A stretch of DNA of 62,483 nt, filler included, from Bipalium vagum (GCA_037834085.1; 3 parts of 3 records of this genome joined end to end with filler, not necessarily neighbours in it); one strand, 5' to 3'. Positions 12,101 to 24,489 are shown, counted from the first letter of the whole stretch. The notes: a model not told the origin generated them from the letters alone. Translations and numbers: made by a program.

Positions 12101-15100
12101 AGAAGAATTATGAGCTCTCCTTTTAAAGTAGATATAAAGATTTGAAATGGAAAAAATATATAAGGACTCTTAACATTTTATTTTAAAGCAAAAAAATCCA
12201 CTTTATTATATTTTATTTTTCATAAAAATATATCTTTTACTCAATAAAAGATTTCTTTTCCTTAAATATCTTTTCTCATATGTTTCTTTTGAAATTATTA
12301 TTTCAAAAAGAAAATTTCTTTTCAGAATCTGAACTGAGATAAGAATAAATATCACTATCAAAACAAAGTTCCAAATATTCTCAACAGATGTTCTCTGGTC
12401 TAATTTCGTTATTTTCATTATGTGGAGGCTAATCAGACCTGAGGATTTTTAAAATTATTTATTATTGTAACTATTTTAAGAAAGTAACTATTAGAATTGA
12501 AACGTATTTCTTGGTTATTTTATAAATTATACTCAAGCCTCTTCACTGTAGGTTTCTATAATTCCCTCTAATCGAAGAAAGACACAATAATATTTTCTTC
12601 AAAAATTACTTCGAAGAAATGATTATTTAAAGTTGTTATAATCTGTCATAGAAAATACCTCATTCTCAATTTTCTTATTATGAATTTCATTTTTCTTATT
12701 ACAGAGATTCTTAAGACTTCATTGTACATCGACGTATTGTATGACTTAAGGAAAGAATATCACTTATGACAAGGGTTGCAATTGAACAGAAATGTCGAAG
12801 AATGCTGTCTTTTAAAACCAAGAAAATGGCATTTTTAGGGTGTTATCAAAAACTGAAAGTTAAAGTTACAATTGGTATTTCAATAATACCATTGCAAATA
12901 ATAGACCATTCTTTTACCTTTTTTATTATAGAAATTAACCGTCTATGATTTACGTCGTACACCGACTTTTGAACTTTGTAATTGTCAGTCACAAGTTCTT
13001 AATTAAACGTATATCTATTATATTTTTCGACATCTTTGACCCAGTTTAAAAATGAATGGAAAAATCTCAAATGGTTTGTTAACTTTAAGAAAAATTTTTT
13101 TTTCATCAAAAAAATTAGAACCATTCACAATGTGCATTGATTTTCACAAGAATGCTTCTCAATAAATAAATATAATCGATAATAATTGTCATTCTAAAAA
13201 ATATTAAAGTTTCATTTTTATAACTGGAAAAATAACACGAAAAAATTCCCATGTTAGTAACATAAAAAAAATGTTTTTTGAACCTGTTTTGGTAGACAAG
13301 AATAGATATTTTATACATACTCACTCACTTTTTTGTAATAGTAATTTATAAATTGAATCATAATTATATTTATTTATTTCCAAAACAAGAGGTTATTCAA
13401 AGAATAATATATTACATAAAACTGACTTGTGAAACATTTTTAGTTAAAAGCATACACACAGAAAATGCATACCAATATTATAATTTGTATACATTTCAAG
13501 ATTAATTTCTTAAAATAAAATTCTTGTGCTACCACAGGCTTTTACTTAAGATTCTTATCTGACACTATCTGACTTAAGTATACTGTTGTAAGCTGTGGCA
13601 ACCATTTAGCAATTAAACGCTTTCAGTTCAATTATAATTATAAATTAATTAAAATGAATTAATTTGATATAAGACGAATGGTTTTAGTTTAAAAGATCAC
13701 AAAAATCTAATTAAAATGTTATTATTTTCTAAAATTGATTCAGTTATAATTATCTTATCTTTAATGCAAAAGGCACTGTAGTATGTAAATAAATAAATAA
13801 ACTTTTAGCCAAAAAATATTTTAAAATTCTGCGATCTTTCAAAATTCCATAAGTTGTTAATCTCGTTAATCAATTAACACTACTTATATATTTAATCAAT
13901 ACAATAAGAATCAGTCAGAATTTGAATGAAAAATTAATGAACAATAAATTTTATATAATGGAGACCTCATTACAAAATTAAATACTTTATCACAAAAGTT
14001 TTCAGAAAATACACCCTCCATTCCAAAAATAACCGAACTTTAAAAAAAAAGCAACCAATATTTATTTTGAAAAAAATAATTTTTATTAATCAATGTAATC
14101 GCCTTCTGCATTGATACACAAATTTGCACGCACTAACAAGTTTTCAAACGACTTCTCTATGTCCTTTTTAGTAATGGTCTTTAGGACATCGGTCACCGTA
14201 CTTTTGATGGCCTCAACCGACTCGTAAAGCTTTCCTTTGATCGTCAAATGAAGATTGGGGAACAGATAGTAGTCGCACGGAGCGAGATCAGATGAATAGG
14301 GTGAATGTTGCAAAGCAATAATCTGATTTTTGTATTATAAAATTAAAAAGTGAAATATTATTTTCAAATTTCACCTTCCATTAATATCGGATCAAAATTT
14401 TTATTATGAATTTATTTTTCATTTTTTAATTCTTTATTCGATATACTTCTATATCGTATAACATTAAAGAAAATATAAATTATTATAAAAACTACCAATT
14501 TAAAAGTTCTATTAAATGAAAAAAAATATTTAACTCCTGGATCCTTTATAATAAACGAAATATATAAATTAATTGAAAACGAATGTGTAATATGACTTTA
14601 GAACCTTTAAGATAATGAATTTTACATAAAATTAAACAAAGTAAATTTTCTGTAAATTGTATATAATAATAAAGAAAAGGTTGTGAAGTCATATTTTCAT
14701 AAGAAAATTAGCTAGTTATCGTATAGAAAACGAATCTACAGAAGGTTTATAAAAGGGTATTGAACTTATTCACAAATATTTTAAGATTCAAAACAAGTTA
14801 ATATTTCAAATACAAATATGTAATATTGAATAATATTTTAAATATTGAATAATGTTTAAGGTGAATATTACAACAGATAAAGAAAAAAATCTAATATTTG
14901 ATTTTATATTAATACAGTTAAAAAGGATTAGAATTATTGAAAGACCTAAATTTCCTTACAATTTGGCAGTAATTGTAAGAAATCAAATTTTAAATAATTT
15001 ATTATAATAGGGAATTTGTAGATTTTAATAATGAACACTTTAGTTTCAGCATTTATTTAAGCAGCATTAAATAATATTTTATTTTTACAATAAGAATGAC

Positions 15101-18100
15101 TTTTTATTACATTTATGATAATAATATGAAATTTAATCGTCCTAAAACTTACCACATAGATTTAAAATGTTAGTTATTGGTCCTTCTGGAGCAGGAAAAT
15201 CTTGCTTATTTTATAAAATATTAGGGTCCTAAAATGGACTATGATAATTTAAATAACTTTTCTAAGTCGTTCAACTGGAATTTAAATTTATAAGACCATT
15301 TTGATTCAAGATAAATATAGAAAGGTTTCAATAAAGAATCATTCAACAAAAACAATGTAATGAAAAAGATTATGAATTTAAAAAAAAACAATAGCTAGAT
15401 TAAGTAATAAAAATAAAGAAATTTCTTCACCAGATAAATTAATAAAATTTTTTTTTGATGAAATAATAAATGAAAAAATCAATATGTAATATGAAAATGT
15501 ATTTAATAGAGAAGTACATAATAAATGTCAGTTAAACTTATTTACCAAGTTTTAAGAAATTAATAAAACAATGAAGTGATTATTTATATTTTCGAAATAT
15601 TTCAAAATTGGAAGATTATTAGAAATATTATATAAAAGAAAATTTTCATAATAAATCAATTTTTTAAAATAATAATTATTTTATTTAATATATGAGAACT
15701 TTAAAATCGTATTACTCAATATATTATACAACATAACAAGCTACTTGTTTATATTTTACACGATGGCGTAAATGGTTGATGAATGTAAAAAATAATAATG
15801 GATTTTTAAGAATACACTATTTTTAATAAAAAAAAAATAATGTTAATAATAATAAATTAAATCTTATATTTTTTAAATTTTAAGATTTAAGCTTAAAATT
15901 TCAATAACAATTCAGAATCTAAGTAATTTTGCACAGAAATGGGCGGAAACACTTGCAAATGGTCATTTTCTGGGATTTAGCAATTATACATATAAGGATT
16001 CTCAGATTGGAGAAAATATTGCCATGAAAAACGATGAATTGACGTACCTTTCGTGTAAGTTAGATTGTTATAAAGAAAAAAATAAAATTGAGCAATTTAC
16101 AAAAGTTAGGATTTGCTATTTCCAAAATCTACATTTCTTGATTATATTTTAAAGAAATAAAATTTTTTAAATGCTGCCGACTTATTATTTCCAATGGCAT
16201 AATAAAAATTTTCTTAAAAATTAATTAACCGGTGGCCAATAAAGAATGATAAATTGTTTAAATACATTATTTTTAAACTAAAAAAAATCTAAATTTGAAT
16301 TATTAATTGATTTAATTTATGTCAAGATTTTTAATATCTTGCAAAATAAACATACGTTATTTTTAGCCATATTTTCTTTTAGATATTGATGTATGAGAGC
16401 TGTGTAAGAAATTTGATAAAAACCCATTATAAAAATGGGAAAACACCGGAAGAAATTTATGAAGCTGTAGCAAAAACGGTACAAAAGTCCACTATTTATA
16501 GATGGCCTAAACTAATAAAAGAGGAAAAATTACTTGCTCGAAATTCCCCTGGACGTCCAAGAACCGTAAGAACGAAAAAATTTATCAAAAAAATTAACAG
16601 AAACCTTACAACAAACAAAAAAAATCAGCTAGAAAGTTAGCTTTAGATTTTAAATCTTCAAGAGGAACTATTGAAAATATTATACATAATGACTTGGGAT
16701 TTAAGTGCTAAAGGAAAATAAAACTTCCTTCTCTATCTTCTCAATAGACGAAACACGTGCTCATATTGGTTAAGAAAAATATTTAGTAAACAGGCAGTGA
16801 ACAAAATTGTTTAGTGATGAAAAATCTTTTGATGCAGATAGTCAGCTTAATTCACACAACGACGTCGTTTATACTGTGTCTAGAAAAGATTTAAATTTAA
16901 AAGGTGGACTTTTCCAAACAGAAAATATTCTTTGAAAGTGATGGTATGGGTTGGACTGACATATCAGGGTCCGACGAAATTTGTATTCTTACCAACAAAA
17001 ACATCTTTTGATACAAGATTTTATATATCAAATGTACTTCCAATCGTTGCAAAATATGGAAGGGAGCTCATTGGAAGCGATTTCATATATCAGCAGGATG
17101 GTGCTAGCTGTCACAAAAACAAAGAAACGATTGCGGCATTCAAAAAGACTGGTATTTCAGTAATAGCTCCAAATCATTGGCCACCAAATTCACCAGATCT
17201 TAGTCCTCTTGATTATTTCTTTTGGGATGAAGTATCAAAGAGACTGAAAACAAAAAAATTGAAAATCGTACAAAACTGATTGAAAAAATTAAAGAAACAA
17301 TTGCAGAAGTTCCATTATATATCAATTCGCCAAGCCATTGATTCCTTTCGACAAACAGTTTTGGCCATAGACAGGCCTAAAGGAAGTTTAATAATAAACT
17401 GTTTTAATTAAATAAATTTTGGTTTTATTCTTTATTAAATACTTTTAATTGAATTAATTTAACATTATGCTGTCTATGTCAAACGTCGTTCAAAGAATTA
17501 TCATTCTTTATTGGCCACCGTTATTAATAACGAAATTGGTGTTGAACATCGAATAATTTGATTCGATATTAAACTAAAGAATTTTTTGATATACTGATTT
17601 AATATTATTTTTGATTTTGACGTAACATAACATGTTTTCATTTAAAATTTATGTCACAATCACAATAAATTGTAGGTTGGATTGTAATGATTTTAAAAAA
17701 TTAAAAAAATTAAATTATTATATTATAAATTAATGATTCAACTATAGATCTGTATGCTTACCTATATTTTTAAAATTATATCTGAAGTGTCACATGTGTT
17801 TGTATGCGACCATTTTTTTTTGGTATACACTCTTTAATATATTCTATAACTATATTTTCATAAAGGTAATCAGCTTGTGGATAACTGGTACAATGAAAAC
17901 AGATTTTATTTCTATGAAAATGAACATGGGGATATAAGGGAATTTGGTTGGTTTTTTCTCCTTCATTTTTGGTACTTTTTTCATTTATATATTATGACAA
18001 GATTCTTTTGTTTAACGTCAGAAAAGCGTGTTAAATTCATTATTTATAAAATATAATTGAATAAAAGTCACCAATCCATATATTAAAATAAAATCTGACG

Positions 18101-19304
18101 GAACAACTTCACCGTAATAATATTTTTTCAGCTTTTTCGATGTTTCTTTAGCCGTTTTCCCTTTTAGAAAGTAGTGCTTAATAACTACACGAAATTCATG
18201 TTTCTCCATTTTTCATAAATTAAAAAAATTCTTAACTTCAAATGATTGAAACAAATAAACTAACACGTGTATCAATATATAAATTTGATCTTATTTATTT
18301 AGATGTTTGTACTTTTTAATAATATGGTTGATTTTATTTTTGTAACCAGGCTAGTTGGTTAGATAGCTTACTTATCAATCTACTCTCGTATTTACTGAAA
18401 TAAAATATTATTTTAAAATATTATTATTCACAAAATATTATATTATTCAAAATAGTTAATTTGACTGTTTTCTTATTTCATTTTTAAAAATTTATCCACC
18501 GCTTTTAATCTTTAAAGAAATTTTATAATCAAAGCTTCTCCAAACCGAAAATGTAATAAATCTTAAGTGCAATGTGTTTAAAGTTAATCTTAAAGATGTC
18601 AAACTATGAACAAAAACCATTTGTTTCTACCATTGTTATTATTTGAAAACTTAAAATAAACTATTGATAAAGCTATAAGTTATTTCTGTAAGTAAATTGC
18701 TGAACGAGCTCCATCCAAAGTCTTCACCTCAAAGGATTTAAACATTAAAATTGTGATACAAAATATGAAGAGGACACAGGGGGTTCAAAATATGTAGAAT
18801 TAATTTAGATTGACCAGAGGTACTACGCAAACACAACAAAGTATCAAAATCTGCATCATATTTGAAGGTTACTTGTCGAAGGACATTGAATGAGAAACTC
18901 TAAAGATTGAACCTCTGAAATCTTAATTGAAAGACAAGAAAGAATGTGTTTGATGTATTTCTTGGTTGCCGGTGACAACAAGTAGATTTACTTAAACATT
19001 GAAAGAAGCCATTTCTTGAAAAATCAACCTTTTGGGATTTAATACCTTATATAAATTAATTGAATTTTTAATTGTAATATTAAATATATCTTCTTTATCT
19101 ATAAGTTTGTATTAAATAACAGAATTTTGTTAATAAAAGAAAATTTCAGGACATTTTACTCAAATTGTTTGGAGAAGTACAAGAAAAATTGGTATTGGGA
19201 TATCAAAAACCCCGTCCGGACTTAGCTTTATTGTTTGCTTTTATTATCCTGCTGGAAACGTCAAAGATGAATTTTGTGAAATGGTTCCTCGTCTTATAAT
19301 ATAA
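9122..19304 (+). CDS. Tandem double CAP/SCP-domain protein (GAPR-1/GLIPR2-like, group-2 venom allergen-like), no signal peptide
   Basis: Exons 9122-9177, 9222-9406, 9456-9539, 9581-9739, 9788-10007, (10085-10112), 10519-10612, 11871-11977, 15916-16054, 17866-17946, 19150-19304, all phase-compatible. Domain 1: AHNELRRAHGVKPL, IGENVS, WYSEIKDY, GNFTQMIWK, VARYYPAGN. Domain 2: RHNLYRKNYGV, AQKWAETLA, IGENIA, WYNE, GHFTQIVWR, VCFYYPAGN. Confidence 0.9.
11060..11190 (+). mobile_element. Tc1/mariner-superfamily transposase HTH remnant
   Basis: DLRRRIYDLIGQMKKTELIKYF..KVPRATIYRIIRK resembles Tc1/maT N-termini; truncated. Confidence 0.4.
14012..14330 (-). mobile_element. Mariner 3' end fragment
   Basis: QHSPYSSDLAPCDYYLFPNL...CINAEGDYID plus a TIR-like end after TA at 14010-14011. 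Confidence 0.85.
14436..15075 (+). pseudogene. Decayed Polinton/adintovirus-like minor capsid (penton) gene
   Basis: Frameshifted pieces YTSISYNIKENINYY, LTPGSFIINEIYKLI, RIIERPKFPYNLAV and EFVDFNNEHFSFSIYL* follow the recalled penton pattern (NI..NN; PGSY.I..I; I.E.P..P; DF.GE...LHL). Confidence 0.6.
15115..15700 (+). pseudogene. Decayed Polinton-type A32/FtsK-like packaging ATPase
   Basis: LPHRFKMLVIGPSGAGKSCLFYKIL (Walker A), MDYDNLNNFSKS, IFFDEIINEK (Walker B), ENVFNREVHNK (RGRH-like), with frameshifts. Confidence 0.7.
16230..17520 (+). mobile_element. DD37D (maT) Tc1/mariner-superfamily transposon, near full length, inactivated
   Basis: TIRs CGGTGGCCAATAAAGAATGATAA; HTH ORF 16386-16640; SDEKSF; VMVWVG; QQDGASCH...WPPNSPDLSPLD with 37 residues between the last two catalytic Asp; frameshifts and stops. 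Lies in a CAP-gene intron. Confidence 0.92.
18018..18388 (-). mobile_element. Mariner 5' end fragment (Himar/irritans-like N-terminus)
   Basis: MEKHEFRVVIKHYFLKGKTAKE; TIR-like TACGAGAGTAGATTGATAAGTAAG at the right end. Confidence 0.8.
18800..18990 (+). mobile_element. Degenerate CR1/L2-like LINE C-terminal remnant
   Basis: QRYYA...NEKL*RLNL/KSLIERQER resembles the VQRR.TK...Y.ERL..LNL.SL..RR motif; heavily decayed. Confidence 0.3.
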
Positions 19305-19470
19305 AAAAAACAATTAGTGCTGGGCTTGATATTTTTTTTATTTAAAAAAGAAGTTTAATAATAAAATATTCTTATTTATTTTGGTTGTAAATATTATCTA
19401 AAATTAAAAAGCAAATAATTTTTAATTAAAGTGAAATGAATATTTTGGTAAAATATAATTTTTTATTCAA

Positions 19471-19473
<3 letters not shown>

Positions 19474-19543
<70 letters not shown>
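19474..19543. repeat. (ATT)n microsatellite running into an assembly gap
   Basis: About 23 perfect ATT units directly before the N run. Confidence 0.95.
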
Positions 19544-19643
19544 NNNNNNNNNNNNNNNNNNNNNNNNNNNNNNNNNNNNNNNNNNNNTTAATTAATTAAN
19601 NNNNNNNNNNNNNNNNNNNNNNNNNNNNNNNNNNNNNNNNNNN
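19544..19643. other. 100-bp scaffold gap with artificial TTAATTAATTAA linker
   Basis: 44 N + TTAATTAATTAA (stops in all six frames) + 44 N. Confidence 0.95.
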
Positions 19644-19952
19644 TCATTCCAATTCTTTTCATGTGCCTTTGAATAGTTGAAACAGAAATACTCAAATCAC
19701 ATTCATTTTTCAATTTCGTTACATTTACCTTCTTCTTGCTTTCTTTTACTTTTCCTATTGTTCTTTTAATAAGTAATTTCTCTCCTTTACTTATTGTAAA
19801 TTTGGGTCCACGTTTCTTGCAGACATCCTTCTTAAGGTACATAAATTAATTGAGGAATTTCTTGATATCTTCATAATTTTCACAATTTGACCGTAACTGA
19901 AACCGTCTTCTTTCAAAGCCAAGGCTTGTGTTTTTTCAGGCAAACTTTTCAT
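19644..19952 (-). mobile_element. Tc1-like transposase N-terminal fragment
   Basis: LALKEDGFSYGQIVKIMKISRNS / KRGPKFTIS...LSISVSTIQRHMKRIG; truncated by the gap. Confidence 0.75.
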
Positions 19953-21019
19953 TTAATTACTAAAATTTAAAAACAGAAATTTAATTTCTAAATTTAAATA
20001 TAGAAATAATTTAAAGCAAAAAACTAGAAAAGGAAAACATTAAATCTAAAATTAAAAATGATCTAAAATATAGCATATATAAGGTCAAGTATATTTGGAA
20101 AGAAGCACAACAAAAACATCAACAAAATTTGAGAAGAGATAATCGAATTCAAAAACGTAGACGCTCAACGTCAATTTTGTCTACAGAAATTGGATACTAT
20201 CAACAAGTGGTTCAACTATTTAAGATCGCGAGCTATTGAAAACAAAAACTTTCAACATTCGATTTAAATTCAAATCATCAAACTAGATACAAGGAAGTCA
20301 TTGCAACTCCAAGATAGCAAATCAACACGAAATATTCTGTAAAGCGAGACCGGAAGCAAACTTTTTCTACGAACCAACGTATATGCTCCATTGATACCAG
20401 TAAATTTATTTAATCATTTATTATTACTATTATTATTATTATTATTAATTAACTATTTTATCTGGTAAATTATTATAATTTACAAAGATTATTTAAAATT
20501 CAAATCAAGTAAAATACTCTTCCGATAATCACTATTTCATAGGATTATCTATATTTTTTGGTTTACATTTTCCATTTTTCTTTTTTTGTTTAGGGTTTGC
20601 ACAACAGTCAGGGTTGGCAAATCTTCTTAGGACCTTACCACAAGTTACAGGATAACTGTGTAAGGATTTAAAGATTCTCATTTAAAATCACTGTAAATTC
20701 ATATTTTTACAAATAAAAATATTTGTGTTGGAGTCTTGGTTGTTTTCATTTGTTTTATACTTGTTCCGAATTACAGGCCATAAATTCTTCTGATATTTAA
20801 ATGGTTCATGTTAAGTAACCCTTACGTTTTTTGCCGATTTGTTAAAATTTGAATTAAGTCACTTACTTCACTTAAACTTAACAAAATATATATTACTTTG
20901 AAGTAATATACAATACACTTGACCTAGATATTATACTTTAATAAAATTATTTAACATGAATGTAAATAATTATGTGGTGTTAAAAAAAATTATGACGATC
21001 AGTGTAGTACTTTTGGTCG

Positions 21020-21680
21020 TTGCAAGACAAGACGATAATACAGTCGTCGATGTTCCGAAATAACTGGATCCTAAAGTTTGGTGCTCCAAAAGAGATACAT
21101 GCTGATAGCGGGAAATGTTTTGAGTCCCAAGAATTTAAAAATCTGGCAGTAGACATAGGAGCAGACTTGATCTTCTCTAGCCCGTACCACCATAATACAA
21201 ATGGAGTCGTTGAACGACAATTTCGTACCTTTACAGAGTTATAAAAGCAACTTTAAAAGATAGAAAGAAAACCGATTGGGCAGAAAGTTTGACCAGAAAT
21301 CGAGTATTCTTTAAACGCATCTGTACAGAAGACAACACGCATGATTCCGGCGGAGTTAGTTTGGGCCGGAGAATAAATAAAGAAAGATGGTTCAGTAGGA
21401 ATCAAAAAGCTAGAGATGAGGCCATTCAGAAAATCAGACAAGAATCACGGTTGTTGGGAAATCAAGAAACCACAAGGAACTTTACAGTCGGAGATGAAGT
21501 CATGATTCAAAAAGAAATTAGAACCAAAGATCGAGATCGATACGAGGGGCCATACGAAATTAAAAAGAAAATCCGTTTCGAAAAATCTGTTACGAAATGA
21601 CAGATACGAATGGGAAGAAAGTGGTGAGAAACATTGAAAAGATCAAGAAATTCTTTCAAAAAAGAATGGATTTGAGGATT
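21020..21680 (+). mobile_element. Ty3/Gypsy integrase fragment
   Basis: WILKFGAPKEIHADSGKCFES...SSPYHHNTNGVVERQFRT (D,D35E core) and FTVGDEVM...RYEGPYEI (GPY/F motif); frameshifted. Confidence 0.9.
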
Positions 21681-22029
21681 AAAAAGTTTTAAATAATTTT
21701 AATTTGTTTAAATTAATTAATTAATTTGTTTGAATAATTGTTATATTACAATATATAATTTCTAATTGACTCTTGATAACTTATCAACTGATATAAATGT
21801 AACTAACAACCATTAAGATGAATAGGAAATAATACAAATGTTTTAATTTTATTTGAAATTTCTAAAAATGATAAGTCACAAGTTTATTCGAAAATGTTAT
21901 CTTATTTTATTGAAAAATAAGAATTTGATTATTTATTTAATTTTAATATAAATCAAAAATATAATCATATTTTTATCAATTTAGAAAGTAAATAGATAAT
22001 GTCATCAGCATTTCAATAAAAAAATTTTA

Positions 22030-22330
22030 TTTTTTTTTAAATGAAAAAATTAAACTTTGATAAAAACTATTATTATCGAAATACAACATGTGAAAAAATT
22101 GATTATTATGAAGTATGTCTAGATCCAGAAACAATTACAATGGAAATTTAATATAATATTATAATAATGGAAATTTAACATTTACAATAACACTAAAAAC
22201 CAATCCTTTTGATTTATTTGAAGCATATTTTATTTATGAAATTGAGATAGCAGGTATTAAACCATAAGATAATATTACTTTACAAAATAACTTTTTTCCT
22301 TATTTTCAAATGCAACTTTAAAATTAGAAT
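22030..22330 (+). pseudogene. Decayed Polinton/adintovirus-like major capsid protein N-terminus
   Basis: KIDYYEVCLDPET..NNGNLTFTITLKTNPFDLFEAYFIYEIEI...DNITLQNNFFPYF resembles the recalled MCP start (E..EY.P...LN..G.I.I...SYL...L.NN...LF). Confidence 0.5.
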
Positions 22331-22829
22331 ATGAGCTTTTTGTGTGATACGCCTCACCTCCTTTATTAAAAAAGAGAAGAAAAAGAATAAAAAATTAATT
22401 AATTTAATTATATTTACTTTTTTTAAAAAAAATTTTACACTCAAATATGATACATACTATAACAATCACAAAACATTCCATTAAACATTAAAAAAAATAT
22501 TCCTCTGTTCCGCAAGTCTTCATCCTCGGACACGGTTCCAAAATCTATGTTTATCTATGACTTGATAACGGGTGGATTTCTCTTGAAAGTTTGAAACTCA
22601 ATAACTTTTTCATTTTCCTCTTCATTATTACTCTTCGTTCCCTTCTCCAGCGTTTTCTAATGTGGCAAAACAATCGTCCTGTAGACATACTAAACAGTGC
22701 TCCTCCACAAGCTCCTGCGGCAGTAACCAAATTTGCCATTTTCTCGACTGCCATTTTTTCTAACTTTCTTTTTCTCCAACTCCATTTTCCCTTTTTGCTC
22801 CATTTTGTGAAAATTACTGGTATCTTTCT

Positions 22830-23640
22830 CTTGATCATTTTCCAGACATCTTCCACTATGTTCAGATCTGGACTGTAGATGGCCACTGAAAAGTCTGTAT
22901 ATTTTAATATTTTAGATAATCTTGTACGAATCTTGAAGAATGTACTCTACAACTGTCTTGTTAAAAGAAAAGTTTCCTTTTGAAATTTAACTTTATAGTT
23001 AGTACAATGTACTTCTGCAACATATTTACAAAATCATTTGAAGTAAATTTAGCAATTATGGAATGGAAAGACAGGAGACAATTCGAAAAAATCATAAATA
23101 AGCATTAAACCATTACCATGAAATTGCCTTCTCTGGCGGACGTATTTTGATTTTTTGCCACATATGTCATTCAGTGTTCTGGCCCGTCAAGCGTATACCT
23201 TTTTCGTCAGTAAATATAGTATTTTCGCGTGGGTAATTACTTGAAACCCAACGGGAAATTACATCTAATCTTAGCTGATTATGCTTCTTTGAAAGAATTA
23301 TTTAGTTTGAGCTTTTCTTGTATTTATAATCCATTTTTGTTAATTGTCCTTTGTGAGAAATTAAGATCTAAATTTCTGATAAATTTGGTTGAATTCACCT
23401 TCTCATGGTAGTGAGTTAAATGAACTATTTCACATTTTATAGACAAACTTGATCTATTTTTAATTTTATTTTTGGGGCCAACTTTCTTTTTATGATCATT
23501 CAATCTATAAATAATCAAGCTTCCAGCTGAAAACCGCGTTATTCCTAAGTTTCACTATGTGATCATAATTATTCCCTTCTTTGTTCAACCGATGCGCAAT
23601 CTGATTTCATATTTTGTCACTAAAATGTAAGATTCACATT
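22830..23640 (-). mobile_element. Decayed Tc1 (DD34E) element
   Basis: KKVGPKNKI...NFSQRTI; FTDEK..TLDGP; QDSCRVH; YSPDLNIVEDVWKMIK. Similar family to the fragment at 19644-19952. Confidence 0.8.
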
Positions 23641-23819
23641 ATCAAATCAACTAATAATTATATTTAATTAAGTATCTTGTTTTCATAAATACAAAAATAT
23701 TTATCTGTGCAAAACAATTTATCAATTTTAAAAATGTTGAAATTTCTTATCACGATTTATATTATTCAAACAATTAGTTAAATATTAAGTTTACATTAAC
23801 ATAACATTTTTTGAAGTTT

Positions 23820-24489
23820 ACCATTTATTATAGAAAGTTTCATTTCTCTAACTAATATTAAAATTTTACAGGTACAAATATCATGCACAAGTGGGATAAT
23901 TGTGAATAAAATACAAGAGTCAATCACAAGTAGAGGCTGTACACGCTGGCTTCATCGCTGATGGTTGTACTGTTGGTTGTGTTGTTGGTTTTGGTCCGGG
24001 TTGTAGTCCTCGTAGTCTCCACAAATTAATCATTCTGAAATCTAACTAATAAATAAATAAATATTGCCCACAATTAATATGCGATAGGCTTTGTCAAGCA
24101 AAAGCACTACATCGAAAAGATTTCATCAGTTATTAAATTCAAAACTAATTGCAAAATTGGCCACTCTAAAATAGGTGGATAAAATATAATTTCGGTTCAA
24201 ATTCGGAAGTTCATGATGACATCTATGTCGAGATCTAACTGGAAAAGTTGGAATTGCAAATAGTGATTCTCGTTATGGGCAGCGTAGAATTCTGTAGATT
24301 AAAATCATTAAGTTAATTATGGAGTAAGTTTTTCCCTAACCTAATAAGCAGGTTTTTCTCAAAGGTTCCGATAGACATAGAGACATTCTCGGTTGATGAT
24401 TATCTGTTGTTATTGTCATGAGGATTCCAAACGTTACAGTTGTAAAGAATAACGTATGACGACGTTACTGACGTCTTTACTAACGCCAT
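23820..24489 (-). other. Candidate small spliced transcript of unknown coding status, divergent from the ERK5 gene
   Basis: GC/CpG-enriched blocks separated by AT-rich GT..AG segments (minus-strand acceptors ~24293, ~24167, ~24036); AAAATGGCG and TGACGT motifs at 24457-24493; AATAAA at ~23824-23829. Confidence 0.35.

Noticed and set aside
12766-13324. Short ORFs in the CAP intron, possibly MULE debris
   Set aside because: Motif similarity too faint; not compatible with the CAP exon chain.
22551-22886. 111-aa minus ORF as a novel gene
   Set aside because: Chimeric: Tc1 SPDLN motif running into unrelated sequence.
24210-24290. ATGATGA resembling a box C snoRNA motif
   Set aside because: No well-placed box D with a terminal stem.
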